From Gammaproteobacteria bacterium (GTDB lineage Bacteria; Pseudomonadota; Gammaproteobacteria; CAJXQU01), in NCBI GenBank assembly GCA_965238175.1, contig CBDEGZ010000003.1, positions 3,008,001-3,072,000 on the forward strand: DNA of 64,000 bases, given 5' to 3'. Below are positions 39,473-49,859 of this stretch, piece after piece. The notes beneath the pieces were generated by a model. That model was given only the letters and a program-made list of their open reading frames with translations. It was not told the origin of the DNA and ran no database searches. Position 1 is the first letter of the stretch. Each line of letters begins with the position of its first letter. Made by a program: the position numbers and the translations under genes.

Positions 39473-40258
39473 ATGAAAAAAATGAATTCAATAATACTTC
39501 TGCTTATCGCAGGACTTATGCTTGGAGGTTGTGCCAATACAGGCTCGCAGATACACCCAGCTCTCTGTACATTGCTAGGTGCCGCAGCGGGGGGAGGTAT
39601 TGGTGTAATTGCTGATGATGATGATAATGGGCAAATAATAGCAGGTGGCGCCGCTGTTGGTGCCGCTGTAGGTTATATCCTATGCCGTGGACCATCAGAT
39701 TCAGATGGTGATGGCGTAATTGATGATCGTGATCAATGCCCAGGAACTCCTGCAGGTACAGAAGTTGACTCAACTGGTTGTCCTCCAGCAGTAGAAATGG
39801 AAGAAATGATTGTAATTCTTGATAGTGATAACGATGGTGTACCTGATGCAGATGATCTATGCCCAGGCACTCCACGGGGTGTTGAAGTTGAAGCAAATGG
39901 TTGCCCTAAAGTTGGGCAAATTCTGATGACATTGGAAGGTGTGAACTTTGCTTCCGATAGTGATGAACTTACTTACGAATCAGAAGCAATACTAGACCAT
40001 GCAGCATCTACTTTGAACTCTAATTCACTAGTGAATATTGAAGTTGTCGGTCACACTGATAGCGTCGGTTCAGAAAGCTACAATCAAAGCCTTTCAGAAC
40101 GTCGTGCTGCTGCAGTTGTTGAGTATTTAACAAACAATGGTGTAAGTGGTTCACGACTTATTTCAACTGGCATGGGTGAATCTAACCCTGTTGCTGATAA
40201 CTCTACAAGTGATGGTCGATACAGAAACCGTCGAGTTGAGTTAGTTGTTATAGAATAA
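39473..40258 (+). CDS. OmpA-family lipoprotein with thrombospondin type-3-like repeats
   Basis: Lipobox LGGC, glycine zipper, two DSD.DGV.D..D.CPGTP repeats, OmpA-C motifs GHTDS and NRRVE. Confidence 0.92.
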   Translation: MKKMNSIILLLIAGLMLGGCANTGSQIHPALCTLLGAAAGGGIGVIADDDDNGQIIAGGAAVGAAVGYILCRGPSDSDGDGVIDDRDQCPGTPAGTEVDSTGCPPAVEMEEMIVILDSDNDGVPDADDLCPGTPRGVEVEANGCPKVGQILMTLEGVNFASDSDELTYESEAILDHAASTLNSNSLVNIEVVGHTDSVGSESYNQSLSERRAAAVVEYLTNNGVSGSRLISTGMGESNPVADNSTSDGRYRNRRVELVVIE

Positions 40259-40315
40259 GAATACCCTTACTTGCACTCACCTTAAAACAGGTGAGTGCAA
40301 AGTCTGGATTCTGTA

Positions 40316-40348
40316 AGGGCTCTGTAGAACTACAGGGCCTTTTTTTTG
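40316..40348 (+). terminator. Intrinsic terminator after the OmpA gene
   Basis: ggctctgtag-aa-ctacagggcc followed by a T-tract; another hairpin (ttgcactcacc / ggtgagtgcaa) at 40271-40300. Confidence 0.75.
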
Positions 40349-40374
40349 CAATAATTTTTATACATTTAGAATCT

Positions 40375-41409
40375 ATGCAACAATCACCCACCCTGCAAGA
40401 CTTTAACTATCAAGAAGAGATCCTTCAGAGCGTATCAAGAACATTTGCTTTAACTATTCCACAATTACCAGAGCAACTCCGATCAGTAGTAGGCAATGCA
40501 TATTTACTCTGCCGTATAGCAGACACGATAGAAGATGAAGCCACTCTCTCAGTAGAACAAAAACGCATGTTTACCGATCAATTCATTAAAGTTGTGAATG
40601 GTAAAGAAACTGCCAATATCTTTGCTGATGAATTATTTCCACTGCTTTCCGATAAAACACTAGATAGTGAGCGCGATCTGATAAAGAACACAGATCGTAT
40701 TATTAGAATCACACATAGTTACAACCAAAACCAAAAAAACGCCTTGGTTTGTTGTGTAAAGATCATGGCCAAAGGCATGGCAGATTATCAAGAAAAAGAA
40801 ACACTAAATGGCCTGCCAAATCTTGAAGCAATGGATGATTATTGCTACTACGTTGCTGGTGTCGTTGGAGAAATGTTAGCAAAACTATTTTGCGATTACA
40901 GTGAAGAAATTAATTCCAACCATGACACTTTAATGAAACTGTCAGTTTCATTCGGTCAAGGCTTACAAATGACCAATATACTAAAAGATATTTGGGACGA
41001 TCAAAAGCGTGGCGCATGTTGGCTACCACAGGAAATATTTTCAAAATATGGATTTGATCTTTCTGATCTAAACAGTGCTGGCAGTGGGAACAGTAGCTCG
41101 GCTTTTCAACAAGGACTCGGCGAATTAATTGGCATTGCTCTCGTTCATCTGGAGAATGCCTTACGCTACACTCTGCTGATCCCAAAACATGAGAAAGGGA
41201 TCAGAAAGTTTTGTCTCTGGGCGATAGGAATGGCTGTCTTAACGCTACGTAAAATAAACAAAAACAAAACCTATACTCGTAGTGATCAAGTCAAAATCAG
41301 CCGCAAAGAAGTAAAGGTAACTGTTGTCTTAACAAATCTCTGCGTAAGTAATGATAAATTACTAAAACTACTATTCTATTCGGTCGCCAAAGGCTTGCCT
41401 GTTAAATAG
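40375..41409 (+). CDS. Squalene/phytoene synthase family protein (farnesyl-diphosphate farnesyltransferase-like)
   Basis: VSRTF, YLLCRIADTIED, YCYYVAG.VG, GLQMTNILKD..DD...G.CWLP; start moved to the ATG after the terminator. Confidence 0.88.
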   Translation: MQQSPTLQDFNYQEEILQSVSRTFALTIPQLPEQLRSVVGNAYLLCRIADTIEDEATLSVEQKRMFTDQFIKVVNGKETANIFADELFPLLSDKTLDSERDLIKNTDRIIRITHSYNQNQKNALVCCVKIMAKGMADYQEKETLNGLPNLEAMDDYCYYVAGVVGEMLAKLFCDYSEEINSNHDTLMKLSVSFGQGLQMTNILKDIWDDQKRGACWLPQEIFSKYGFDLSDLNSAGSGNSSSAFQQGLGELIGIALVHLENALRYTLLIPKHEKGIRKFCLWAIGMAVLTLRKINKNKTYTRSDQVKISRKEVKVTVVLTNLCVSNDKLLKLLFYSVAKGLPVK

Positions 41410-41516
41410 CGAGAAAATCAAACAGTAGCGACTTGAAAATATCAAAAATTAGTATCACAAGTATATACTACCGATAACTAGGCCATAAATAAAAAATCCC
41501 AAATTGAGGAAATCAT

Positions 41517-44500
41517 ATGACGCGCTTATTTTTCCTGCTTTTCGTTCTATTGAGTTTCACCATTTCAACTAATGCAGATCCGATTTCAAAAAGTGAAATT
41601 CCCGATCCATTAGAACCCTGGATCGACTGGGTACTTCAGGATCAAAAACAAAAAACCTGCCCCTTCCTCTATAACAACTCGAACCAACACCGTTGTGCAT
41701 GGCCGACAAAACTTGACCTATCACTGCTATCGCGATCCGGTGAATTTTCAATCACATGGCATGTATATCAAAAAAGTTGGGTGACCTTGCCAGGCGATCA
41801 AAAACATTGGCCTGTTGATATAACTGATAATGGCTCAATCATCAGTATTACAAACCGCAATGGGAAACCTGCCGCCTTATTAACCGCAGGTGAGCATGAG
41901 ATAGTTGGAAAATTTGAATGGCAAAATATGCCTAAAGCGCTGACCATTCCACCAGATACCGGTCTCGTCTCACTTTCTGTTAATCATAAAAATATCGATT
42001 TTCCAGATTTCCAAAAAGGTCAGCTTTGGATCAAACAAAAAAAAGTCGCAACGGGCACAGGGGAGAAGATACATCTTGATGTGTACCGACAAATCGTAGA
42101 TGAAATCCCGATGAAAATTACCACCAAAATTGATCTTCAAGTTTCGGGTAAACAGCGTGAAATGGTAATTGGTAAGCCTTTACTCACAAGAGCAATCCCA
42201 TTACAGCTAATTAGTAGTTTACCAGCTCGGCTAGAACCTGATGGAAGTTTACGTGTTCAGCTACGGCCTGGGCGTTGGACGATTGATCTCACCGCACGAC
42301 TTCCTGATCAAATCACCGAACTCTCTTTACCAGAGCAAAAAACACCTTGGCCAACTCAAGAGGTTTGGTCCTTTTCAGCACAAAACCAACTTCGTTTAGT
42401 GGAAGTGACTGGTGGAACAAGTATTGATCCTCAACAAACTCAAATGCCGCAGCAATGGCGTCAGTTACCTGCATTTCGCCTTAATGCAAATGATGCGCTT
42501 TCGTTCAAGGTCATTCGACGTGGCGATCCAGAACCTGAACCCGATACGCTGACATTAAATCGAAACTTGTGGCTCGATCAGACAGGTGAAGGTTTCACTA
42601 TCAACGATACGATCAACGGTCGTATGACCAAAGGTTGGCGCCTGGAAACCACAGAAAATCTGGATTTGGGACGTGTAACTCTTGATGGTAAACCCCAGTT
42701 CATCACTAAATTTGTTGAGAAAAAAGGTGTTGAAGTTCGACGTGGCGCAGTAAACCTTGGCGCAGACAGTCGCTACGAGGGTGACGTCAGTCAGATAAAT
42801 GCCGTCGGCTGGGATCATGATTTTCAACAAGTTCGCGCAACCTTACACCTTCCACCCGGGTGGAAATTATTTTCAGCCAGTGGTGTTGATCAAGTTCCTA
42901 ATACATGGCTACAACGCTGGACATTACTCGATCTATTTCTGGTTTTGATCGCAGCAATTGCGATCAGCAATTTATATAATTGGCGCATCGGTTTAGTGGC
43001 TTTGATCAGCTTAGCCTTACTCTGGCATGAGCCTGGTGCACCGAAATATATCTGGCTGCATATTGTTGCGGCTATTGCCTTATTGCGTGTTATTCCAAAG
43101 AGTAAGTTTCAATCATTAGTGAATAGCTACCGCAACGTTTCGATATTGATTCTGATTCTAATCTCCATTCCTTTTATGGTAGATGAAGTCCGGATCGGCC
43201 TATACCCACAAGTAGAACGACCGTGGCAAAGTGTCAATGTTCGCGATGTTGATCCTAATCGGAATCAACCGCAGAACGTGCAAGTAGAATCGATGGCCGC
43301 TAAAACAAATATGGTCGAAATGAAAGATCGCTTGATCAAGCAGGAAAAAAAATCCGCCCCAAGAAAACGATTATTAGGCCGTTCTAGTAGTTATGATTCC
43401 TACAACAAATCAAAATTTCCTGTCCAGTATGATGCCAAGACTAATATCCAAACCGGTCCCGGTTTACCCTTCTGGCAGTGGAATTCTATACCACTCAGCT
43501 GGAATGGCCCTGTTGAAAAAAACCAACAGATCGGGTTCACATTACTTTCACCTCGAGTTAATTTATTGCTGAATATCTTGCGAGTCTTGTTACTTATTGG
43601 ACTGGCATTTCTGATCATCGACCCTAAAAAACTCAAAGAAAATTTGCCTAGTTTGAAAGCTAACAAAGTAGCCACTATCTTGTTATTGCCGATCCTGTTC
43701 TCGATGCAATCCGAAAACAGCTATGCTGAGATTCCTACACCCGAATTATTGCAGGAATTAAAGACTCGCCTACTTGCACCAGCAGAATGTCTACCGACCT
43801 GTGCAAACGCATCCCGTATGAAGATGGTAGTCAAACCTGACAGTTTACAACTAAGGATGGAAATCCACACTGTTGATGATGTCATTGTTCCTATACCCGG
43901 CATGTCAGGTAAGTGGGTGCCCACTCAAATTGCGGTCGATGGCGAACCCGCAAGCGGTTTACACAAAGACAAAACAGGACAATTGTGGATTTCTCTCAAA
44001 AAAGGCGTCCATCAGTTAACCTTGTTTGGACAACTTCCTGATCAAAACAGTGTTGATCTCGCATTACCGTTAAAACCTGCCCGCGTGACGCTCGAAGCTG
44101 AAGGTTGGGATATTGTTGGACTACATGAAAACGGGCGCTCTGATAATCAACTCAAATTAAATCGAGTGAAAAAACAAGGTGTGCACAAGTCAACCGTGCT
44201 TGAAACGGCAACCTTACCGCCCTTTGTTCAGATCCATCGTACCTTAAGACTTGGTCTTGACTGGCGAATCGAAACCCGTGTTGTCCGAACATCCCCACCA
44301 GGCACCGCTATCGTACTCAAAGTACCCATGCTAGAGGGTGAGTCAATTTTGAGCGATGGTATAAATATTAAGGATAATCAGGTGCTGATCAATATGTCAG
44401 CAAATCAATCCGACATCCATTGGGAATCCAGTCTTATAGTAAGCGATCAAATTAAACTTAGCGCGACTGAAACAAATAATTGGACAGAGTTCTGGTATGC

Positions 44501-45599
44501 CGATACCAGTCCCATCTGGCATATGGAAACCGAAGGGATTGCCGTAGTGCATCACCAAAACCCTGATGGGCGTTGGTTGCCTAACTGGCGACCTTGGCCA
44601 GGCGAATCTGTCACGCTAAACATCACCCGCCCTCAGGGGATCGATGGCCAAACGCTTACCATTGATAGTTCTGAAATAACGGTAACACCAGGCCAACGTG
44701 CCACAGATGTTGATCTACAACTTTCGCTACGCAGTAGTCAGGGCGGCCAACACACGCTTAAATTACCCGAACTGACAAGATTACAATCCGTCACTATAGA
44801 TGGAAAATCTCAACCGATCAGGCAAGAGGGTCAATCCGTGACGCTCCCTGTTCATCCTGGAAGACAAATCATTAATCTGCGCTGGCGTGAATCAGAAGGG
44901 ATGCTTAGTTTTCAAAAAACACCTGAAATTGATCTTGCAGCTCCAAGTGTCAACCACGCGATCAAGCTCCTTCCTGGACAAGATCGTTGGGTACTTTTAA
45001 CGGGTGGCCCCCAATGGGGACCTGCGGTGTTATTTTGGGGGATCTTGATTGTCATATTATTCGTCGCGGTTGCACTGGGAAGGATCAAAAGTACACCACT
45101 GACGACTATTCAGTGGATCTTGCTCGCTATTGGTTTGAGCCAGGCACCCATTTTATCCGCAGTACTAGTCGTTGCCTGGTTATTAGCGTTAGGCATGAGA
45201 AAAACTCTGGATACTGACTTAAGCAAAACTAAGTTTAATTTGATCCAGGTTGGTTTAGGTGCGCTAACATTTATTGCGTTAAGCGTCTTGTTTGAAGCGA
45301 TTCGGCAAGGATTATTAGGCAGCCCTGAAATGCAAATTTCGGGAAATGGATCGAATGCATATGCACTTAACTGGTACCAGGACAGAATTGCTAATATTCC
45401 ACCACAGGCATGGATATTCTCAGTACCGCTTTTTGTCTATCGCGTGCTGATGCTGCTTTGGTCTTTATGGCTAGCCTTCGCACTCCTGAGATGGTTACGC
45501 TGGGGTTGGGAGTGCTTTTCTAAAAATGGGTTATGGCGGCCTTTTAAAATCCGATCCAAAAAAGAAAAGTTACCATTACCTGAACCAAAAACAAAATAA
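41517..45599 (+). CDS. 1360-aa exported/multi-TM hypothetical protein with apparent internal duplication
   Basis: Signal peptide, two large beta-rich soluble regions each followed by TM bundles; GAGG RBS and downstream terminator. Confidence 0.85.
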   Translation: MTRLFFLLFVLLSFTISTNADPISKSEIPDPLEPWIDWVLQDQKQKTCPFLYNNSNQHRCAWPTKLDLSLLSRSGEFSITWHVYQKSWVTLPGDQKHWPVDITDNGSIISITNRNGKPAALLTAGEHEIVGKFEWQNMPKALTIPPDTGLVSLSVNHKNIDFPDFQKGQLWIKQKKVATGTGEKIHLDVYRQIVDEIPMKITTKIDLQVSGKQREMVIGKPLLTRAIPLQLISSLPARLEPDGSLRVQLRPGRWTIDLTARLPDQITELSLPEQKTPWPTQEVWSFSAQNQLRLVEVTGGTSIDPQQTQMPQQWRQLPAFRLNANDALSFKVIRRGDPEPEPDTLTLNRNLWLDQTGEGFTINDTINGRMTKGWRLETTENLDLGRVTLDGKPQFITKFVEKKGVEVRRGAVNLGADSRYEGDVSQINAVGWDHDFQQVRATLHLPPGWKLFSASGVDQVPNTWLQRWTLLDLFLVLIAAIAISNLYNWRIGLVALISLALLWHEPGAPKYIWLHIVAAIALLRVIPKSKFQSLVNSYRNVSILILILISIPFMVDEVRIGLYPQVERPWQSVNVRDVDPNRNQPQNVQVESMAAKTNMVEMKDRLIKQEKKSAPRKRLLGRSSSYDSYNKSKFPVQYDAKTNIQTGPGLPFWQWNSIPLSWNGPVEKNQQIGFTLLSPRVNLLLNILRVLLLIGLAFLIIDPKKLKENLPSLKANKVATILLLPILFSMQSENSYAEIPTPELLQELKTRLLAPAECLPTCANASRMKMVVKPDSLQLRMEIHTVDDVIVPIPGMSGKWVPTQIAVDGEPASGLHKDKTGQLWISLKKGVHQLTLFGQLPDQNSVDLALPLKPARVTLEAEGWDIVGLHENGRSDNQLKLNRVKKQGVHKSTVLETATLPPFVQIHRTLRLGLDWRIETRVVRTSPPGTAIVLKVPMLEGESILSDGINIKDNQVLINMSANQSDIHWESSLIVSDQIKLSATETNNWTEFWYADTSPIWHMETEGIAVVHHQNPDGRWLPNWRPWPGESVTLNITRPQGIDGQTLTIDSSEITVTPGQRATDVDLQLSLRSSQGGQHTLKLPELTRLQSVTIDGKSQPIRQEGQSVTLPVHPGRQIINLRWRESEGMLSFQKTPEIDLAAPSVNHAIKLLPGQDRWVLLTGGPQWGPAVLFWGILIVILFVAVALGRIKSTPLTTIQWILLAIGLSQAPILSAVLVVAWLLALGMRKTLDTDLSKTKFNLIQVGLGALTFIALSVLFEAIRQGLLGSPEMQISGNGSNAYALNWYQDRIANIPPQAWIFSVPLFVYRVLMLLWSLWLAFALLRWLRWGWECFSKNGLWRPFKIRSKKEKLPLPEPKTK

Positions 45600-45618
45600 T
45601 CTGTTCAAATCTTGTCTT

Positions 45619-45648
45619 AAAAAAAGGCCGCATATGCGGCCTTTTTTT
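45619..45648. terminator. Bidirectional intrinsic terminator
   Basis: aaaaaaaggccgcatatgcggccttttttt, a perfect palindrome between convergent genes. Confidence 0.9.
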
Positions 45649-45663
45649 AGCTTCAATTAAACC

Positions 45664-46428
45664 TCACTCATCAAGAAGCGCATCTCTGTCATCATCATGT
45701 ATTTTAGGCATGATCCACATTTCGTATATTGAAACAATCCACATAAACCCAAAAGCCAATGCCATCATGCCACCACCAATAATGATAAGCCAGGCAAAGC
45801 CAGGGCTAAGTTTGGTCAACCACCAGGAAGCAATATCGACGATCAAAAAGATATAAGGCATAACAATAGCGGTAGATTTCAACGTCTTTGGAACACCTGA
45901 GGCGAGACTAAAAATCAAACCGACAAACATAAAGATGAATGAAATCCCAAACAAGTGAATATGAGAAACACGAGTGAGTGTTGAAAATGTGATGCCAGTA
46001 TCAACATCCGCTCTTTCGAAAAGATTTTCATCAACCGTAAAATCAGGAACTGTCATACCGGATGCCGGGCTATGACACATAACACAACGTTGATCGATAA
46101 TAGGTCTTATATCAATTTTAAAAACATCGTGATCCGCTCCTTTTTTTACCCATTGGATGATCTTAAGACGATCTTCATCAGAAGCCATCACTTTCATGGA
46201 GCCATTCAACTTACTTTCTATAACCGATCCTGATCTTTTCCCATAGTAGCTATAGACGATGTCATCAATCGACAAACCAAATTCACCATCAGCCATGCCA
46301 TGAGTAAACATAATTTGAGCCAGTGCCATCATATATCCCACCGCAACAACGACAAGATAGCCTGTAAATAGCATTTTGATCGACGTTCCCTGACTACAAA
46401 GATTTAAATGATGTTGTTGACCGGGCAT
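45664..46428 (-). CDS. Membrane protein with a single CxxCH heme-c motif
   Basis: CVMCH in a soluble loop between TM1 and three C-terminal TMs; SHIHLFG at the start of TM2. Confidence 0.75.
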   Translation of the reverse strand: MPGQQHHLNLCSQGTSIKMLFTGYLVVVAVGYMMALAQIMFTHGMADGEFGLSIDDIVYSYYGKRSGSVIESKLNGSMKVMASDEDRLKIIQWVKKGADHDVFKIDIRPIIDQRCVMCHSPASGMTVPDFTVDENLFERADVDTGITFSTLTRVSHIHLFGISFIFMFVGLIFSLASGVPKTLKSTAIVMPYIFLIVDIASWWLTKLSPGFAWLIIIGGGMMALAFGFMWIVSIYEMWIMPKIHDDDRDALLDE

Positions 46429-46690
46429 GTTTTAGGCTCTCTTTAGCAATAATAAACAAATCAGTATAACGCACTCATTCACTCTTTAGAGAAAAACATT
46501 GTTTTGTTTACTTACACTTAGAGCACAAACTTTCAGTAATAATCATGTTTACTTACAGGATCTTATGATTTTAGAGATGAAAATATCTTTAACTTGATGT
46601 ATTCTTGACTGTTCTGCTAGGAAATTATTATCTGCTCAATCGAGTCGGGTTTTACGTTAAACATTTATTAAAATAAAAATCGGAGAATTT

Positions 46691-48505
46691 TTGATGAGTT
46701 CAAAATCAACAAATAAAAAACTGTTGGCTTGGGTTGATGAAATGGCTGCTCTATGTCAACCAACTGATGTTGTCTGGTGTGATGGCACAGATGCTGAATG
46801 GGATGCCATGTGGGATATCATGGTTAAAGGCGGTACAGCAATCAAGCTGAATGAAAAAAAACGTCCTAACAGCTACTACATCCGTTCAGTACCCGCTGAC
46901 GTAGCACGAGTTGAAGATCGCACTTACATTTGTTCAGCAGAAGAAAAAGATGCGGGCCCGACTAATAACTGGGCTGATCCTGCTGAAATGCGCGGAACAT
47001 TAAACGGCCTTTTCACAGGCTGCATGAAAGGCCGCACCATGTATGTTGTTCCTTTCAGCATGGGTCCAGTCGGCTCTAACATCGCTCAAATCGGTGTTGA
47101 AGTTTCTGACTCTCCTTATGTTGTTACCAATATGCACATCATGGCTCGCGTAGGCCAGGACGTTCTTGACGTTTTAGGTGATGATGGCGAATTCGTACCA
47201 TGCGTACACACAGTTGGTGCTCCACTGGCAGAAGGTGAAGTCAGTGATCCATGGCCTTGTAACCCTGATAACCGCTATATCGTTCACTACCCAGAAACGC
47301 GTGAAATCTGGTCTCACGGATCAGGTTACGGCGGTAACGCACTATTAGGTAAAAAATGTTTTGCATTACGTATTGCATCAACAATGGGCCGTGATGAAGG
47401 CTGGATGGCAGAACACATGCTTATCCTTAAACTCACAAACCCAGAAGGTGAAGTTCAATATGTCGCCGGCGCTTTCCCAAGTGCCTGTGGTAAAACTAAC
47501 CTCGCAATGTTGACGCCGACTATTCCAGGCTGGAAAGTTGAAACTATCGGTGATGACATCGCATGGATGAAATTCGGCGAAGATGGCCAACTTTATGCAA
47601 TCAATCCTGAAGCTGGTTTCTTTGGTGTTGCTCCTGGTACAAGCATGTCATCAAATGCGAATGCTATGTTGTCAATGGAAGAAAATGCAGTTTTTACTAA
47701 CGTTGCTATGACTGATGATGGCGACGTCTGGTGGGAAGAAATGACAGATGAAGCACCTGCTCATCTTACTAGCTGGAAAGGCCAAGACTGGACGCCAGAT
47801 TCAGATGAACCTTCTTCACATCCAAATGCTCGATTCACAGCACGCGCTGATCAATGTCCAGTAATTGCAGATGAATGGGAAGATCCAAAAGGTGTTCCAA
47901 TCAGTGCAATTTTATTCGGTGGACGTCGTGCAACAGTAGTGCCTTTAGCAACTGAAGCGTTAGATTGGAACCACGGCACTTTCCTTGGCACTATCATCGC
48001 GTCAGAAATGACAGCAGCGGCTTTCGGCGCTATCGGTCAACTACGTCGTGATCCAATGGCAATGCTGCCATTCTGTGGTTACAACATGGCTGATTACTGG
48101 GGCCACTGGTTAAACATGGGTAAAAAAGAAGGCGCTAAAATGCCTAAGATTTACTACGTCAACTGGTTCCGCAAAAACGAAGCTGGCAAATTCATGTGGC
48201 CGGGCTTTGGTGAAAATAGCCGTGTATTAAAATGGGTATTTGAACGTTGCAACGGTACTGCTGAAGCAATCGAAACTGCGATTGGTAATATGCCAACATT
48301 AGATGGCATCGACTTTAGCGGACTAGATATGTCTGATGAAGACATTGCTAACTTAATGCGAGTTGATACAGATGGTTGGATCTCAGAATTAGCGGGTATT
48401 GAAGAATACTATGCGACATTCGGTGAGCACCTACCTGAAGAGTTAACTAATCAAGTAAATGCTCTTAGACAACGTTTGGAAGCTTCTAAACAAAACGTTG
48501 CTTAA
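46691..48505 (+). CDS. pckG: Phosphoenolpyruvate carboxykinase (GTP)
   Basis: [51 protein letters not shown]. Confidence 0.97.
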   Translation: MMSSKSTNKKLLAWVDEMAALCQPTDVVWCDGTDAEWDAMWDIMVKGGTAIKLNEKKRPNSYYIRSVPADVARVEDRTYICSAEEKDAGPTNNWADPAEMRGTLNGLFTGCMKGRTMYVVPFSMGPVGSNIAQIGVEVSDSPYVVTNMHIMARVGQDVLDVLGDDGEFVPCVHTVGAPLAEGEVSDPWPCNPDNRYIVHYPETREIWSHGSGYGGNALLGKKCFALRIASTMGRDEGWMAEHMLILKLTNPEGEVQYVAGAFPSACGKTNLAMLTPTIPGWKVETIGDDIAWMKFGEDGQLYAINPEAGFFGVAPGTSMSSNANAMLSMEENAVFTNVAMTDDGDVWWEEMTDEAPAHLTSWKGQDWTPDSDEPSSHPNARFTARADQCPVIADEWEDPKGVPISAILFGGRRATVVPLATEALDWNHGTFLGTIIASEMTAAAFGAIGQLRRDPMAMLPFCGYNMADYWGHWLNMGKKEGAKMPKIYYVNWFRKNEAGKFMWPGFGENSRVLKWVFERCNGTAEAIETAIGNMPTLDGIDFSGLDMSDEDIANLMRVDTDGWISELAGIEEYYATFGEHLPEELTNQVNALRQRLEASKQNVA

Positions 48506-48532
48506 TACTTTATATAGCAATTCGTAACAAAT

Positions 48533-48571
48533 AAAAAAGCCCGCTGAGTTTCAAACCAGCGGGCTTTTTTT
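48533..48571 (+). terminator. Intrinsic terminator after pckG
   Basis: aaaaaagcccgctg-loop-cagcgggcttttttt. Confidence 0.9.
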
Positions 48572-48702
48572 ATCAACCTCATAAAGCATCAACTATGTAA
48601 TCGTTAAACGTAAACGTCAGATGCAATAGCTTAAACAAGCAGGCTAGCGGCTCCGGTCTGGAGATTCTTTCTTAGATCCTTCATCCCAAGCTCGTCAGCT
48701 CC

Positions 48703-48729
48703 GTAGGGCGCACTCGCTTGCAGTGCGCC
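48703..48729 (+). repeat. GTAG-type REP-like hairpin
   Basis: GTAG followed by a perfect 8-bp stem ggcgcact / agtgcgcc; a degenerate gtagggcg copy at 48796. Confidence 0.6.
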
Positions 48730-48871
48730 GTATTTAACAACACATAATCCGTTCAAGCATGTACAAACATTGACCTTCCTGCGATGAGTCAGTTTGTAGG
48801 GCGTAACACCAGCCCAAAATTTTAATATCTTATCTTTAGATTACACCTTATTTTGAATTGACTTCCTTCTG

Positions 48872-48930
48872 AGATGCTTCGTAACCTCAGCATGACAACT
48901 CCAGGTCATCCTGAGCCTTGCGAAGGATCT
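48872..48930. repeat. Imperfect inverted repeat pair (REP-like doublet)
   Basis: agatgcttcgtaacctcagcatgac versus gtcatcctgagccttgcgaaggatct. Confidence 0.55.
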
Positions 48931-49086
48931 TATCTATCAGATCCGCATGGTTACATTAAGAAGATAGACGTTTTTACTCATCTACTTTTCGCGCTATCTG
49001 GTTTTATATGTCCATCCTCCAGAAACTACCTTTCAATAAAAAACGCACTGTGTTACAAACTAGACAATTTCTAATAGCGCGTTCTT

Positions 49087-49851
49087 ATGCCTTTCACTAT
49101 CGAATTCCTTACACCTGAACTTCTCGCCATTCTGGCAGTGGTCGCTTGTCTAGCTGGCTTTATCGATGCAATCGCTGGTGGCGGAGGTTTACTTGTTTTA
49201 CCTGTTCTACTCTGGGCTGGTTTAACTCCGGCACAAGCCCTGGCAACTAACAAACTTCAAGCTGTTTTTGGATCTTTTTCAGCCACGCTGCGGTTTATTC
49301 GGCAAGGAAAAATAGATCTGAAATCCATGCGGATTCCGATCATCATGTCTTTCATCGGTTCGGCTTGCGGAACACTTTTGATCCAGCAATTTGATGCCGC
49401 TTCTTTAGAAAAAATTATTCCGTTTCTTTTGATCGGTTTCGCGATCTATTTTTTATTTTCACCACGGGTTGGAGATGAGGATACGCATTCCAGAATCAGT
49501 ATTAATGTTTTCGCTTTTACCGCAACTTTTTCAATCGGATTTTATGATGGCTTTTTTGGCCCCGGAACCGGATCATTTTTCGCCATGGCATTTGTCATGT
49601 TACTCGGTTACAACCTGACCAAAGCAACTGCTTATGCAAAACTGCTTAACTTTATTAGTAATCTTGCAGCGCTAATTTTCTTTATTTTTGGTGGAAAAGT
49701 AATTTGGACAATTGGGTTAGTAATGGCAACAGGGCAAATTATCGGTGCTTATTTTGGAGCACATATGGTAATTCATCACGGTGCTCGATTAATAAAACCG
49801 CTGCTTGTATTCACATCACTGGCTATCACTTTCAAAATTTTATTTTTTTAA
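49087..49851 (+). CDS. TSUP (TauE/SafE, YfcA-like) transporter
   Basis: AGFIDAIAGGGGL, ALATNKLQ, GFYDGFFGPGTGSF. Confidence 0.93.
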   Translation: MPFTIEFLTPELLAILAVVACLAGFIDAIAGGGGLLVLPVLLWAGLTPAQALATNKLQAVFGSFSATLRFIRQGKIDLKSMRIPIIMSFIGSACGTLLIQQFDAASLEKIIPFLLIGFAIYFLFSPRVGDEDTHSRISINVFAFTATFSIGFYDGFFGPGTGSFFAMAFVMLLGYNLTKATAYAKLLNFISNLAALIFFIFGGKVIWTIGLVMATGQIIGAYFGAHMVIHHGARLIKPLLVFTSLAITFKILFF

Positions 49852-49859
49852 TATTTCTA

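Noticed and set aside
40291-40374. GTG start extending the squalene synthase N-terminus
   Set aside because: It runs through the OmpA terminator hairpins; ATG 40375 fits better.
41451-41477. sigma28 promoter upstream of the 1360-aa gene (ACCGATAA)
   Set aside because: No TAAA-like -35 element at the required spacing.
48874-49074. 66-aa ORF before the TSUP gene
   Set aside because: It starts inside a REP-like inverted repeat and is probably a chance frame.
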